Virus record (IMG/VR): IMGVR_UViG_3300020042_010505
Span: 1-58,326 of that record
From: a virus
Taxonomy: Duplodnaviria; Caudoviricetes
Length of the DNA stretch: 58,326 nucleotides
Strand: one strand, 5' to 3'
The notes below the pieces were generated by a model. That model did no database searches. It was not told the DNA's origin and saw only the letters and a program-made list of their open reading frames with translations. The translations under genes were made by a program, and so were the position numbers. Every line of letters begins with the position of its first letter. Position 1 is the first letter of the stretch. Positions 25,800-36,880 of the stretch are shown here, piece by piece.

Positions 25800-26207
25800 A
25801 TGGCTATAATTGTTCAAAATAGATTTCCAATAGATTCAATAGATCGAAAAGCCATAGGAGTTAATATACCTTTTAATGCTCCTTCTGTATTTCAATCTAA
25901 TTATTTAACTCGAGATGCTATTAAAAATAATTTAATTAATTTTTTTTTAACCAACCCTGGAGAAAGAGTATTTAATCCATTTTTTGGAAGTGGAATAAAT
26001 AATTTAATAAACATGAACTTTTTAGATACTATTGATGTTGAATTTGTTAAGAAATTTTTAAAAGATCAAATTTACCAATATTTTCCATTTGTAGGGATAG
26101 AAGAAATTAATCTTGTAGTAAATAAAGAAAGCAATCAATTAGGAATTATTATGAAATATCAAGTAGAAAATTTTGGTATTCAAGATGAAATTAATATAAC
26201 ATTATAA
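25800..26207 (+). CDS. Baseplate wedge/sheath initiator, gp25/GPW family
   Basis: IKNNLINFFLTNPGERVFNPFFGSGI. Confidence 0.9.
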   Translation: MAIIVQNRFPIDSIDRKAIGVNIPFNAPSVFQSNYLTRDAIKNNLINFFLTNPGERVFNPFFGSGINNLINMNFLDTIDVEFVKKFLKDQIYQYFPFVGIEEINLVVNKESNQLGIIMKYQVENFGIQDEINITL

Positions 26208-26208
26208 A

Positions 26209-28059
26209 ATGAGTATTAAAAGAGATATAAAATATACTAACAGAGACTTTACCTCATTACGAAATAGTCTTATAGATTATACTAAAACGTATTTTCCAAA
26301 CACATATACCGACTTTACAGCAGCATCCCCAGGAATGATGTTTATAGAAATGGCGGCTTATGTAGGAGATGTTTTATCTTTTTATGTAGATAACCAATTC
26401 CAAGAAACTTTTATTCAATATTCTCGCCAAACTCAAAATTTATATGATTTAGCATATATGTTAGGATATAAACCAAAAGCTACAACCTCAGCTATAGCAG
26501 ACATAGAACTTTATCAACAACTTCCGGCAACAATTTCCGGTAGTGTTACAATCCCCGATTTTTCTTATGCTCTACAAATCCCATCTAACACACCAATTTC
26601 ATCAATTTTTAGTGGAAGTCTAGCATTTTTAATTACAGACAAAACTAATTTTGCTGTTAGTAGCTCAACAGATCCAACAGAAATAACAGTTTACCAAACC
26701 GCAGGGGGTCTTCCTACTTATTATTTAATTAAAAAAATAAGAAAAGCAATATCGGCAACAGTTAAAACAAGATCTTTTTCATTTAGCTCTCCTATCCCTT
26801 TTGATTCAAGAACTATAACAGATGATAAAATCATAGGAATCTTAGATATTACAGATTCAACAACAGGAGATAAATGGTATGAAGTAGATTATTTGGCCCA
26901 AGATTCAATCTATGAAACTCTTACTAACTCAAATCCAAATGATCCAAATTATCTAAATAACCCAGATGTCTCTAATTTATTAAGGTTAAAGCAAGTTCAA
27001 AATAGATTTGCAACTAGATTTTTAGATAAAACTAACTTACAAATCCAATTTGGTTCCGGAGATCCATCAGATACAACTGAACAAATAATTCCAAACCCTG
27101 ATAATGTTGGTTTAGGTCTTCCAACTAATCAAAGCAAATTAACTACAGCATTTGCCCCTACAAATTTTATATTTACAAATACTTATGGTATTGCTCCTTC
27201 AAATACTACACTAGTTGTTAGATATATTGTTGGTGGTGGAGTATCATCAAATGTTCAAGCTAATGCTCTTCAAGATTTAAATACTAATACTGTAACTTTT
27301 ATAAATTCATCATTAGCTAATAATAATTTAGCTCAACAAATTTTTGGTACATTATTAGCAACAAATCCAAGAGCCGCCTCTGGTGGATCAGATGGGGATA
27401 ATATAGAGGAATTAAGACAAAATTCTTTAGGTAGTTTCCAAGGTCAATTAAGAAATGTAACTTTTGATGATTATGTAATTAGATCTTTAAGCCTTCCCGC
27501 AGAATATGGAACTGTAGCTAAAGTATATGCTTCAAAACCAGATGCAACTTCACGTTCTATAAGTACTATAGATTTATATGTATTGTCTTATAATAATACA
27601 AAACAATTAACAAATGCTTCAAACGGTTTAAAAAGAAATTTAAACACTTATTTATCTCAATACAAAATGATTAGTGATTCAATTGGTATTAAAGATGCTT
27701 TTATAATTAATATAGGAATTAATTTTGAAATTATAACAACCCCAGGTTCTAATTCTGATGAAATTTTATTAAAATGTATATTAGCATTAAAAAATATATT
27801 TGATATTGATAAATGGCAAATTAATCAACCTATTTTGTTAAGAGATTTATTTATAACTTTAGATGCAATTGATGGAATTCAAACAGTTAAAGAAATAAAT
27901 TTTGTTAATAAAACAGATTCAACTCTTGGATATTCAGATTATTCATATGATATTTCAGCGGCAACCGCAAATAATGTCATATATCCTTCATTAAACCCAA
28001 TGATTTTTGAATTAAAATACCCTGACTCAGACATACAAGGTAAAGTAGTACCTTTATAA
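26209..28059 (+). CDS. Baseplate wedge subunit (T4 gp6/baseplate J-like)
   Basis: RDFTSLRNSL...YTDF...GMMFIEMAAYVGDVLSFY; QFGSG; ASGGSDGD...RNVTFDDY. Confidence 0.9.
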   Translation: MSIKRDIKYTNRDFTSLRNSLIDYTKTYFPNTYTDFTAASPGMMFIEMAAYVGDVLSFYVDNQFQETFIQYSRQTQNLYDLAYMLGYKPKATTSAIADIELYQQLPATISGSVTIPDFSYALQIPSNTPISSIFSGSLAFLITDKTNFAVSSSTDPTEITVYQTAGGLPTYYLIKKIRKAISATVKTRSFSFSSPIPFDSRTITDDKIIGILDITDSTTGDKWYEVDYLAQDSIYETLTNSNPNDPNYLNNPDVSNLLRLKQVQNRFATRFLDKTNLQIQFGSGDPSDTTEQIIPNPDNVGLGLPTNQSKLTTAFAPTNFIFTNTYGIAPSNTTLVVRYIVGGGVSSNVQANALQDLNTNTVTFINSSLANNNLAQQIFGTLLATNPRAASGGSDGDNIEELRQNSLGSFQGQLRNVTFDDYVIRSLSLPAEYGTVAKVYASKPDATSRSISTIDLYVLSYNNTKQLTNASNGLKRNLNTYLSQYKMISDSIGIKDAFIINIGINFEIITTPGSNSDEILLKCILALKNIFDIDKWQINQPILLRDLFITLDAIDGIQTVKEINFVNKTDSTLGYSDYSYDISAATANNVIYPSLNPMIFELKYPDSDIQGKVVPL

Positions 28060-28070
28060 TATAAAATAAA

Positions 28071-29252
28071 ATGGCAGTATATAAATTATTCCCTACTAAA
28101 GATGCAACTTTGTATTCTATATTACCAAATATGAATACAGGATTAGATGAAATTATTGAAGCAACTGAAACCTCATTTGCTTATTCTGATCCAAACCCAC
28201 AAACTAGTCGTTTTTTAATTAACTTTTCAGAGGATGAAATAGATGATGTTTTAGATAATAAAATAAAAATTAATGGAACTTCATCTAAATTATTAGACAA
28301 TACTTTATGGAAAGCGAATTTACAATGCTTTATTGCTACTTCAACGGGTTTACAAGCAAATACTACAGTTGAGTGTTATCCTGTTTATGGTGATTGGAAT
28401 ATGGGTACTGGAAGATATTTAGATGACCCTGAACAAACTAATGGAACAAGCTGGATTTGGAAAACATACTCAGGATCCATAGGAGGTCAGTGGTTAACCT
28501 CAAGTTTTCCATCTTTTATAACAGCTTCATATAATACTACTTATGCCTCTGCGGGTGGTGGTAATTGGTTTACAGGCTCATCTGTTGCTTGGTTTAATTC
28601 AAATACATACCCTATTTCAGCATCTACAACTTTTGGATTTTATGATACAAAAGATTTAAATTTAGATGTAACCAATATTATTAGAGCTAGATACACAGGA
28701 TCAGTTTCACAAGATGGATTTATTGTAAAGCAACTAACTGAATTTATAAATGATCAAGAAGTTCAACCTGAATTAAAATATTTTTCCAGAGATACTCATA
28801 CAATTTATCCCCCATCATTACAATTTAGTTGGAGAGATTATACCTGGAATTCAGGATCTTCTTCTATGGAAATATTAAATACACTTCCATCAACAATAAC
28901 CTTAGCTCAAAACCCTGGTGTTTTTTACCCTCAAAGTTATAATAGATTTAGGATAAATGCTCGCCCAACATATCCTCCTCAACTTTGGCAAACTAGTTCT
29001 GTTTATACAAATAATTATTATTTACCTACATCGTCATATTGGGCTATTAAAGATTTAGATACAAATGAAATGGTTGTTGATTTTGATACCCAATATACTC
29101 AATTAAGTGCAGATTCAAGCTCAAGTTATTTTGATATTTATATGAATGGTTTAGAACCTGAAAGATATTATGCTATTTTGATCAAATCAGACATAGCAGG
29201 AACAATTCAAGTATTTGATGATCAATATTATTTTAAAATAATTAACGGATAA
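28071..29252 (+). CDS. Virion structural protein (baseplate region)
   Basis: KDATLYS...NTGLDEI and FSRDTHTIYPP motifs; gene context. Confidence 0.75.
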   Translation: MAVYKLFPTKDATLYSILPNMNTGLDEIIEATETSFAYSDPNPQTSRFLINFSEDEIDDVLDNKIKINGTSSKLLDNTLWKANLQCFIATSTGLQANTTVECYPVYGDWNMGTGRYLDDPEQTNGTSWIWKTYSGSIGGQWLTSSFPSFITASYNTTYASAGGGNWFTGSSVAWFNSNTYPISASTTFGFYDTKDLNLDVTNIIRARYTGSVSQDGFIVKQLTEFINDQEVQPELKYFSRDTHTIYPPSLQFSWRDYTWNSGSSSMEILNTLPSTITLAQNPGVFYPQSYNRFRINARPTYPPQLWQTSSVYTNNYYLPTSSYWAIKDLDTNEMVVDFDTQYTQLSADSSSSYFDIYMNGLEPERYYAILIKSDIAGTIQVFDDQYYFKIING

Positions 29253-29626
29253 TGGCTAATTTACCTATAGTTAAACAAGTATTTGCAAAAAAAGCATTTA
29301 GTGATACCATTAATACTACTTTTACAGAATTAAATACTCCTATTACCCCTCCTGTTCTTCCTCCATTACCTTCAATATCTGAATTTTTTGAATATTATCA
29401 ATCTTTATTTTATATTATACCTAAGTTTGGAGACACAGAATCTCATCAGTACCTTGCTTTAACAAGTCAAGAATATATAGGATCTGAAAATATAGGTAAT
29501 GAAGTAATAGATGCTTTATTAGCAGAATTAACAGAACTTAGACAAGAAAATGTTGAATTAAACGAAAGATTTACCCAAACAGCTCTTAGCTCAGCACAAG
29601 ATGCCTTAAAAGCTCTACAAAAATAA
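29252..29626 (+). CDS. Hypothetical structural-region protein
   Basis: 124 aa; C-terminal coiled coil. Confidence 0.8.
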   Translation: MANLPIVKQVFAKKAFSDTINTTFTELNTPITPPVLPPLPSISEFFEYYQSLFYIIPKFGDTESHQYLALTSQEYIGSENIGNEVIDALLAELTELRQENVELNERFTQTALSSAQDALKALQK

Positions 29627-29627
29627 G

Positions 29628-32600
29628 ATGATTAATATTATTAATATAGACCCAAGTACATTAACTCTTCAAAATATTAGTCCTGAAGATGTTTCTGTTA
29701 TTCCTAATGTAATTGTTACATCTTCATTTAGTCCTGTAAATAGTAAAATTGAATATTTTATTTATGATTCTAATAATTCTCTTTTAGCATCAAATGAAGA
29801 TTTAAGATCATATAAACCGGCATTAACTACACCCGAAGGAAATATAGTTGATATAATACTTACCCCTGAAGAAGATGCAATTAATGCAGGATATGATACG
29901 GGAATTATAAAAACTATTTATAATTTTATAACGCCTGAATTAGGATCTGGATTAGGATCTGAAGGAGGTGATTTTTTTATTAGTGAAATATCATCAACTA
30001 GAACCGAAATTAGATTAAGTTCTAATCTAAATCCATTGTTTAACGTTACTGGGGTTGATTCTGTAAATTTTTTAAATAGTTCTAATTATGAAATATATAA
30101 TACATTTAGACAAAATGTAGAAACCAATAATTATTTTGATGAATTTTATTTAAATTTCGGTAATAATATATGTGTTGTAGCTGTAAATTCATTATTAGAA
30201 TTTGATTCTGAAAATAATACTATTTCTTTACTAATTAAATTATATGAACCTCTTCCAATAGGTATTAATACAAAAACAGAACTTTTTATTTTTACTAAAA
30301 ATGCAGAATCTGTTGCGTATCAAATAGAATTTCAACAAGAAAATATATTCCAAGATACAACAATTCAACTTAAAGGACCAAATTATAATATTTCTTTAAA
30401 AGATAAAACAGGTCCCTTAACTCAATATAAAAATTATGATGAGATCCTTTCTACAACATTATCGGGATCTTTATTTCAATTAATTAATAATATATCTTCT
30501 TCTTCACCTCAACTTTCTACAGATTATACAGATTATGAAGATTTTATATTTTTCTCTTCAGCTTATCAAAGATTATATAATTTTAAAGAAAAAGTATCAA
30601 ATATTTCTTCATCTCAAGCTCAATTAAATTTAATTTATTCTAGCATATCGGGATCAACAAATAATACATCCCCTATTTCTTCAAGTAAATTATTAATAGA
30701 AAAAGAAATAGAAACTATAATTTCTAGTTTTGATGGATATGAAAACTTTTTATACTATACCTCAGGGACATATGCTTGGCCTAAATCTAATGCTCAAGCT
30801 CCATATGTCTTATATCCCCCTACTAGTAGTCAATCCATTACTTGGTATGATAATCAACTAAACACAGCAGCCGAGTATGATTCTACTAATCAAAATAACT
30901 TAAATGAAATTATTCCTTTATATTTAAGAGAAAATTTAAGTAATACTAATTATTTTATATTTATTAACTTAATTGGTCAATTTTTTGATGAAATATGGTT
31001 ATATACAAAAGATATTACTGAAAAACTAAATGCAAGTTCTAATTTATATGAAGGAGTTTCTAAAGATTTAGTATCAACTGTATTAGAATCTTTAGGTACT
31101 AAAATATATGATAGTACTTATACTTTAGAAAATATATATAGTTCATTAATTGGCCTTTCATCTAATGGTTCTTTATACCCATCTACTGGAAGTGAATTAA
31201 TTACAAATTATGTAACAGCTTCAATATCAAGTCCTGAAGATCTTCCTACAATTGATGATTTTGTAAAATTATCTTATAAGAAAATTTACCATAATTTACC
31301 TTATTTATTAAAGAAAAAAGGAACAAATGCTGGATTAAGATCACTAATTAATATTTTCGGTATCCCTGATACAATTTTGCAAATTAATGAATTTGGAGGC
31401 AAAAATAAAACAGAAAATAATGATTGGGATTATTGGCAAAATAAATTTAATTATAAAGCAGATCTAGATCACAATGGCTTCGCAGTAATTGATCTCCCTT
31501 TTAGAGCTTATACAGATTGGCACTCCCCCGATGATGTTCCTTCAACAGTTCAATTTAGATTTAAATCTACAGGATTGCAAGATGCACTTTTATATCCTTC
31601 CCAAAGCATATTTAGTTCACTTTTTGATTCATTTGCTGTTGTATTAGAATACACAGGGTCGGGATATACAAGCGGATCTTACTCAGGATCAATCCCCAAT
31701 CCTTTAAATGAATATGGTACTCTAAAATTCATTCCTGACTCATATTCCCAACCCTCAATCTCCGCAAGTATATATTTACCATTTTTTAATGAAGGTTGGT
31801 GGTCTGTAATGATCACCCGAGTAAATAATACTTTTTCTTTATCTGCCGCTAATAAAATATATGATGGAGATGATGGATTTATTATAGGATACACAGGATC
31901 CTCAACTATAAGCTCATCTAATTTAGATTTCCAGTGGATAAGTGAATACCAAGCTCAATTTGGATATTTATACCCCCCTCAACCAATCGGATATCAACTA
32001 TATACAGGATTTAGAGGTTCTTTACAAGAAATAAGATATTATACTACCCCATTAACTCAAGATATTTTTTATGATTTTACCATGAATCCATACTCTATAG
32101 AAGGAGTAGGTATTAATGGTGCTTATGAACAATTAATGTTTAGAGCTCCTTTAGGAAATGATCTTTATCTAAAAACTAGTTCAATCCACCCTAAAGTTAC
32201 AGGTTCATCATATACAGAAATGACTGCATCTTTTTATACTGGGTTTAGTGAATATAATATCTATTCTATTACTTCTTCCGTAAATAGAGAATTTATATTT
32301 CAAGATCAAATTCCTGCAGGAATAAAAAATACTGTATCTAAAAAAATTAAAAATGTATCTACTGTTTTACCTTATAGTGGATCAAATGAAGTTAATCTCC
32401 CTCAAAACTTAACATTATCCCCTTTTATTAATATAAATCAAGATAGTTATAACAGTTCTTCATATAATGAAAATATTAATTATGTTGAGGTAGCATTTTC
32501 CCCACAAAATGAAATTAATGATGATATTAATGCTCAAATAGGATATTTTAATATTGGAGAATATATAGGAGATCCTAGATTAGTATCCTCTTCCGAAGAA

Positions 32601-35135
32601 TCATATCCTGATTTAGATGTTATAAGAAATGAGTATTTTAAAAAATACTATAAGAACTATAATTTATGGGATTATATAAGAATTATCAAATATTATGATA
32701 ATGCTTTATTTAAAATGATTAAAGATTATGTACCTGTTAGAAGTTCTCTAACAACAGGTGTTGTAATCAAACAACATATTCTAGAAAGAAACAAATACCC
32801 TGTTCCTCAATTTAATACGCATACTACAACTTCTTTTTATGGAAGTGGATCAACTCCTAACATTGTTTGGGATACTCCTTTTGTATTTCAAAATCTAGAA
32901 ATCACAGGATCTTCAATCCAGATGTATGAAATTTCAAGTAGTACAGGAGGAACAATGCCTGATTTATTTGGATTAACCTCATCTCAATATACCGGAAATG
33001 GTATAATTAATATTACCCAAAGTTGGACAGGTTCAACTCCCTCCAACTTAGGACCGGTTCTATTTACAGATTCAACTCAAACAGAATTTTATAATGGTGA
33101 ATTAAGTGGCTCTATTCTCCAAGTAACAGATGGTGTATTATCTGATTCTACTTTAGATCTGATTCAAATATATTCAACAAGTTCACTAAATAATGGAAGT
33201 TCATTTACAAATCAACCATCAACTCCTTATACAACCCCACCCCCAAATCCCTCCCTTGCCTTAGCTTATGGATTTAATATAGCAAAATCTTATTATGTTA
33301 CATTTACAGTAACTAATTCACCTCTAAGTACAAATCCCGGTGGTGCTTTTATATATGATAACTCAGGAAGAATATTCCGTAATACTACAACATCACCATT
33401 CCCAACAGCAAATACAACCCTAACTCAAACAATTTTTATTACTAACCCAGTTGCCCCTTTGTATTTTGGAGAAAATGCAGGCGGAGGTGTAACAATTTCA
33501 ATATCTAATATAACTGTAGAAGAATTTAATGAAGAATTTGACACAAACCCCGTATCTAATAATGCTGTTGTAAGTAGACCAAATAGTGAATTTTTTGATG
33601 TTGATTTTTCCTCAAATGCTATAACGGCCGTAAATACTCTTTCAATTGTTAGTGCCTCTAGGGGATCAGGAAGTGCAACACCATCAACAGTTCCTTCTTC
33701 AAATTATTCTACACTTAGAATTACCAATCCAAGATATAATGGTAGTAAAAACACCTCTCCTAATTTTAATATAGGTGCACAAAACACTATTCCCGTAATA
33801 ACATCAGAAGCAACATTCTTTGCTTACTTTACAGGTTATCAAACAACAAAAGCTGAACTTTTATCAAAAACATCATTTAATATTAAATTTATAGTTGATG
33901 ATTTAGGTAATGTTTATAATCCAAGCTTAACAAGTTCATATTATTATAATTTAACTAAAACTTTTAATGAAAATAATAGAGCAAAGGTTATTTTTTATAG
34001 TCAAACCTCTAGTCTTGAAACAAAATTTTCAGGTCTTAAATCTGTTATAAAATCGGCAGCCCTACCCCAAGCAATTATTTTTACACAAACCGGAAGTAAT
34101 TCAACCCAATCACTTAGTACAATATTTTTTAATAATTTAACTGCTCCTCTTAATTATGGTCTTCAAACAGAAGCAACATACTCATATGCTGGAACACCTA
34201 CATGGGCCTATGAACAGAATCAATTTATTACTTTTGTAGCCCCAATAACATCAGGAAGTTCTGCTCTTGTATCAGTTCCAAATCCTTCATCCTCAGTTAT
34301 TTTATCTTCTAATCCCTTAATACAGCTAATTCCAAAACTTAATCTTAATGTACAGTTATTTGACCCACTAAATGGATCTCCAAATGGTTTATTAGATGTA
34401 GAGTTTGTAAAAACTAATCCAAAATTTCAATTAGGAAATGAACAAGTTATATATAATGAAACAATATCAATCCCCGCGAATAATACATTAACCTCTTTAC
34501 AGTTTACAGCTCCTCCTCAATCTATAATATCTGAAAGTCGTTATTTTGTAAGAGCAAGATTAAGACCAGTATACAATTCCTCCTATTTTTCATCAAGTAT
34601 TGTTGGTGCCAGTAATATAATTAATTTTACAGCAAGTGGAAAATTTTATTTTACACAAGATCCTCCATTTGGTGCTCCAACTTCATCTTTTTTTACTACG
34701 GGCTCTCCTACATCTTCTATATTAACATCCTCTGCTTTTAATTCAAACTTTTATGGTCTTTCCCAAATTGAAACTTCAGGTTCTTCATATGATTTTCCTT
34801 ATCAACCTTTTATTATAAATAGAGGAGACCAAATAAGATTCTCAGCAGATGAAAATCAATCATATATGATTACAGACGTTAATTCCCCTGTACAAAATAT
34901 TTCTAATTCTTTATTTCTAACACTAGATAGAAATTTAATATCAGGCTCTAATATTAATTCATTTTTAATAAAAACTTTTACACCTAATCCAAATGTAGTA
35001 GTTCTTAATATAGATAATCCAAATGGAGTATCAAAAGAAATTTCTGGATTTTTAGTACCCGAATTTTCTTCTCAAACACTTATAAATAAGTTTGACACTA
35101 TTATCTCTAATTTATCTGAAAAAGGATTACTTTAA
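29628..35135 (+). CDS. Large baseplate/tail protein (gp7/gpI-like segment plus beta-sandwich domains)
   Basis: IPLYL...FINLIGQFFD and YLLKKKGTNAGLRSLINIFG; LamG-like segment (WWSVMITR; FRGSLQEIRYY). Confidence 0.8.
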   Translation: MINIINIDPSTLTLQNISPEDVSVIPNVIVTSSFSPVNSKIEYFIYDSNNSLLASNEDLRSYKPALTTPEGNIVDIILTPEEDAINAGYDTGIIKTIYNFITPELGSGLGSEGGDFFISEISSTRTEIRLSSNLNPLFNVTGVDSVNFLNSSNYEIYNTFRQNVETNNYFDEFYLNFGNNICVVAVNSLLEFDSENNTISLLIKLYEPLPIGINTKTELFIFTKNAESVAYQIEFQQENIFQDTTIQLKGPNYNISLKDKTGPLTQYKNYDEILSTTLSGSLFQLINNISSSSPQLSTDYTDYEDFIFFSSAYQRLYNFKEKVSNISSSQAQLNLIYSSISGSTNNTSPISSSKLLIEKEIETIISSFDGYENFLYYTSGTYAWPKSNAQAPYVLYPPTSSQSITWYDNQLNTAAEYDSTNQNNLNEIIPLYLRENLSNTNYFIFINLIGQFFDEIWLYTKDITEKLNASSNLYEGVSKDLVSTVLESLGTKIYDSTYTLENIYSSLIGLSSNGSLYPSTGSELITNYVTASISSPEDLPTIDDFVKLSYKKIYHNLPYLLKKKGTNAGLRSLINIFGIPDTILQINEFGGKNKTENNDWDYWQNKFNYKADLDHNGFAVIDLPFRAYTDWHSPDDVPSTVQFRFKSTGLQDALLYPSQSIFSSLFDSFAVVLEYTGSGYTSGSYSGSIPNPLNEYGTLKFIPDSYSQPSISASIYLPFFNEGWWSVMITRVNNTFSLSAANKIYDGDDGFIIGYTGSSTISSSNLDFQWISEYQAQFGYLYPPQPIGYQLYTGFRGSLQEIRYYTTPLTQDIFYDFTMNPYSIEGVGINGAYEQLMFRAPLGNDLYLKTSSIHPKVTGSSYTEMTASFYTGFSEYNIYSITSSVNREFIFQDQIPAGIKNTVSKKIKNVSTVLPYSGSNEVNLPQNLTLSPFININQDSYNSSSYNENINYVEVAFSPQNEINDDINAQIGYFNIGEYIGDPRLVSSSEESYPDLDVIRNEYFKKYYKNYNLWDYIRIIKYYDNALFKMIKDYVPVRSSLTTGVVIKQHILERNKYPVPQFNTHTTTSFYGSGSTPNIVWDTPFVFQNLEITGSSIQMYEISSSTGGTMPDLFGLTSSQYTGNGIINITQSWTGSTPSNLGPVLFTDSTQTEFYNGELSGSILQVTDGVLSDSTLDLIQIYSTSSLNNGSSFTNQPSTPYTTPPPNPSLALAYGFNIAKSYYVTFTVTNSPLSTNPGGAFIYDNSGRIFRNTTTSPFPTANTTLTQTIFITNPVAPLYFGENAGGGVTISISNITVEEFNEEFDTNPVSNNAVVSRPNSEFFDVDFSSNAITAVNTLSIVSASRGSGSATPSTVPSSNYSTLRITNPRYNGSKNTSPNFNIGAQNTIPVITSEATFFAYFTGYQTTKAELLSKTSFNIKFIVDDLGNVYNPSLTSSYYYNLTKTFNENNRAKVIFYSQTSSLETKFSGLKSVIKSAALPQAIIFTQTGSNSTQSLSTIFFNNLTAPLNYGLQTEATYSYAGTPTWAYEQNQFITFVAPITSGSSALVSVPNPSSSVILSSNPLIQLIPKLNLNVQLFDPLNGSPNGLLDVEFVKTNPKFQLGNEQVIYNETISIPANNTLTSLQFTAPPQSIISESRYFVRARLRPVYNSSYFSSSIVGASNIINFTASGKFYFTQDPPFGAPTSSFFTTGSPTSSILTSSAFNSNFYGLSQIETSGSSYDFPYQPFIINRGDQIRFSADENQSYMITDVNSPVQNISNSLFLTLDRNLISGSNINSFLIKTFTPNPNVVVLNIDNPNGVSKEISGFLVPEFSSQTLINKFDTIISNLSEKGLL

Positions 35136-35136
35136 T

Positions 35137-35145
35137 ATATTTATA
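35137..35145 (+). promoter_or_regulatory. Putative late promoter motif ATATTTATA
   Basis: In the 29-nt gap before 35165. Confidence 0.55.
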
Positions 35146-35164
35146 ATAAAATAAAAAATAACAA

Positions 35165-35815
35165 ATGGGATATTTAAATAACTCAGTAGTAACAATAGAT
35201 GCTATTTTAACAGACACAGGCCGTCAATTATTAGCTCAAAATGATGGTTCATTTAGAATTACACAATTTGCTTTAGCGGATGATGAAATTGATTATACAC
35301 TTTATAATCCCAACCACCCCTCAGGTTCTGCGTATTATGGGCAAGCAATTGAAAATATGCCTTTATTAGAGGCTTTTCCTCAAGCAACACAAGTAATGAA
35401 ATATAAACTTGTAACTTTACCTCGAGGAACTGCTAAAATGCCTATTCTTGATTTAGGATATAGTGCTATTACAATTAAACAAGGAGCTTCATTAGCTATT
35501 ACCCCTCAAACATTAAATTATTTAGGTGGTAACAATAGTGAAACTAGTGGATACACAGCAACAATTTCAGATGTTAGATTATTTAGTACATTTGAGGGTA
35601 TTGGTATTAATACAGCTCAAGCCCAATCCTTAAACACAAATACGCTAGGTACTACAGTATCTAAAACAGTAGTTGGTACTACAATTAACCTAAGAGCAAC
35701 AACTATTAATACATTGTTTGGTTCAAACAGTATACTACAAGCTACATTAACTGTATCTGGTAGAGATTCAGGAGCCCGATTAACTATCCCCGTAACAGTA
35801 ACACAAATATCCTAA
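35165..35815 (+). CDS. Baseplate/fibre-attachment structural protein
   Basis: AILTDTGRQLLA...ITQFALAD resembles the N-terminus of tail-collar fibre (gpH-type) domains. Confidence 0.7.
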   Translation: MGYLNNSVVTIDAILTDTGRQLLAQNDGSFRITQFALADDEIDYTLYNPNHPSGSAYYGQAIENMPLLEAFPQATQVMKYKLVTLPRGTAKMPILDLGYSAITIKQGASLAITPQTLNYLGGNNSETSGYTATISDVRLFSTFEGIGINTAQAQSLNTNTLGTTVSKTVVGTTINLRATTINTLFGSNSILQATLTVSGRDSGARLTIPVTVTQIS

Positions 35816-35825
35816 TATATAAAAT

Positions 35826-36875
35826 ATGTCATTTAATAGATTTGATCCCACAGACTTTGTAATAAGTACAGATTCGATTTCCTCTACACTTTGGTCCACT
35901 AATGCTCCTTCTTTAACAACCATTGCAACCTCCTCTAATCAAGTAGCAGGATCTTCTGGGAATTTCTTTACTAATATATATGATAATACCACAGGATCTG
36001 TACAGTTTGCTATAGCTTATGGAAATAGTAATGGTAGTGGAAGTTTAGCCTATAACACGGCCGTTAATGGATATTCTCCATCAAGTACAATTTATGGCCA
36101 ATGGCAAGATTTAGTAATTGGGGATGAAAATACTAATTTTACCTTTGGTACTATTACTTCATCCGAGTTTTATGCTTTAACTTTTGAAAGAGCTAGATAT
36201 AAAGATTCTTTATTTTTAGGATCTCTTTCTTTAACCCTTTCGGGCTCCTCAGGTTCAATTACATTAACTGATAATAGTAATTATGTATCATCTGTCCAAT
36301 TCACAGAAGCAGGAAGAGTATTCCAATTAATTACAGGTTCTACAGGAGCAATAGCTACAATTTCTACTAGAAACACATCAGATGGATATTCTAAAAACTC
36401 AGGATCTTATGGTTGGTTTCTTCCAGATATTGGAACTATTTTATTAAATCCTAAAGCATTAGGAGATTCTTTAACCTCCGGAGGTATTGGATTTTTATAT
36501 AGTGGTTCTGCAACATCATCTGCGGCTCCAACAATAACCCCAAATGCATCTATGTATTTATCTATAAGTGGAGGAATAGCTTTAAGTGGAATAGCAAATG
36601 ATTTTTATATAAATTCTCAAGAATCAATCACCTCAGATTTTATATTTGTAAGACCTAGAAGTGCAGAATTTAATTACTCCGAAAATCCTTCATTTATTTC
36701 AGGATCTACAGGTGAAGTAGTATTTAGTGGATTTATTAATAATCCCCAAACATATATTACAACAGTTGGATTATATAATGATACAAGTCAATTATTAGCA
36801 GTAGCTAAATTGTCAAGACCTTTACCAAAAGATTTTACAAAAGAAGCATTAATTCGCGTTAAATTAGATTTTTAA
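35826..36875 (+). CDS. Baseplate/fibre-attachment structural protein
   Basis: C-terminal YITTVGLYND...LLAVAKLSRP. Confidence 0.75.
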   Translation: MSFNRFDPTDFVISTDSISSTLWSTNAPSLTTIATSSNQVAGSSGNFFTNIYDNTTGSVQFAIAYGNSNGSGSLAYNTAVNGYSPSSTIYGQWQDLVIGDENTNFTFGTITSSEFYALTFERARYKDSLFLGSLSLTLSGSSGSITLTDNSNYVSSVQFTEAGRVFQLITGSTGAIATISTRNTSDGYSKNSGSYGWFLPDIGTILLNPKALGDSLTSGGIGFLYSGSATSSAAPTITPNASMYLSISGGIALSGIANDFYINSQESITSDFIFVRPRSAEFNYSENPSFISGSTGEVVFSGFINNPQTYITTVGLYNDTSQLLAVAKLSRPLPKDFTKEALIRVKLDF

Positions 36876-36880
36876 AATGA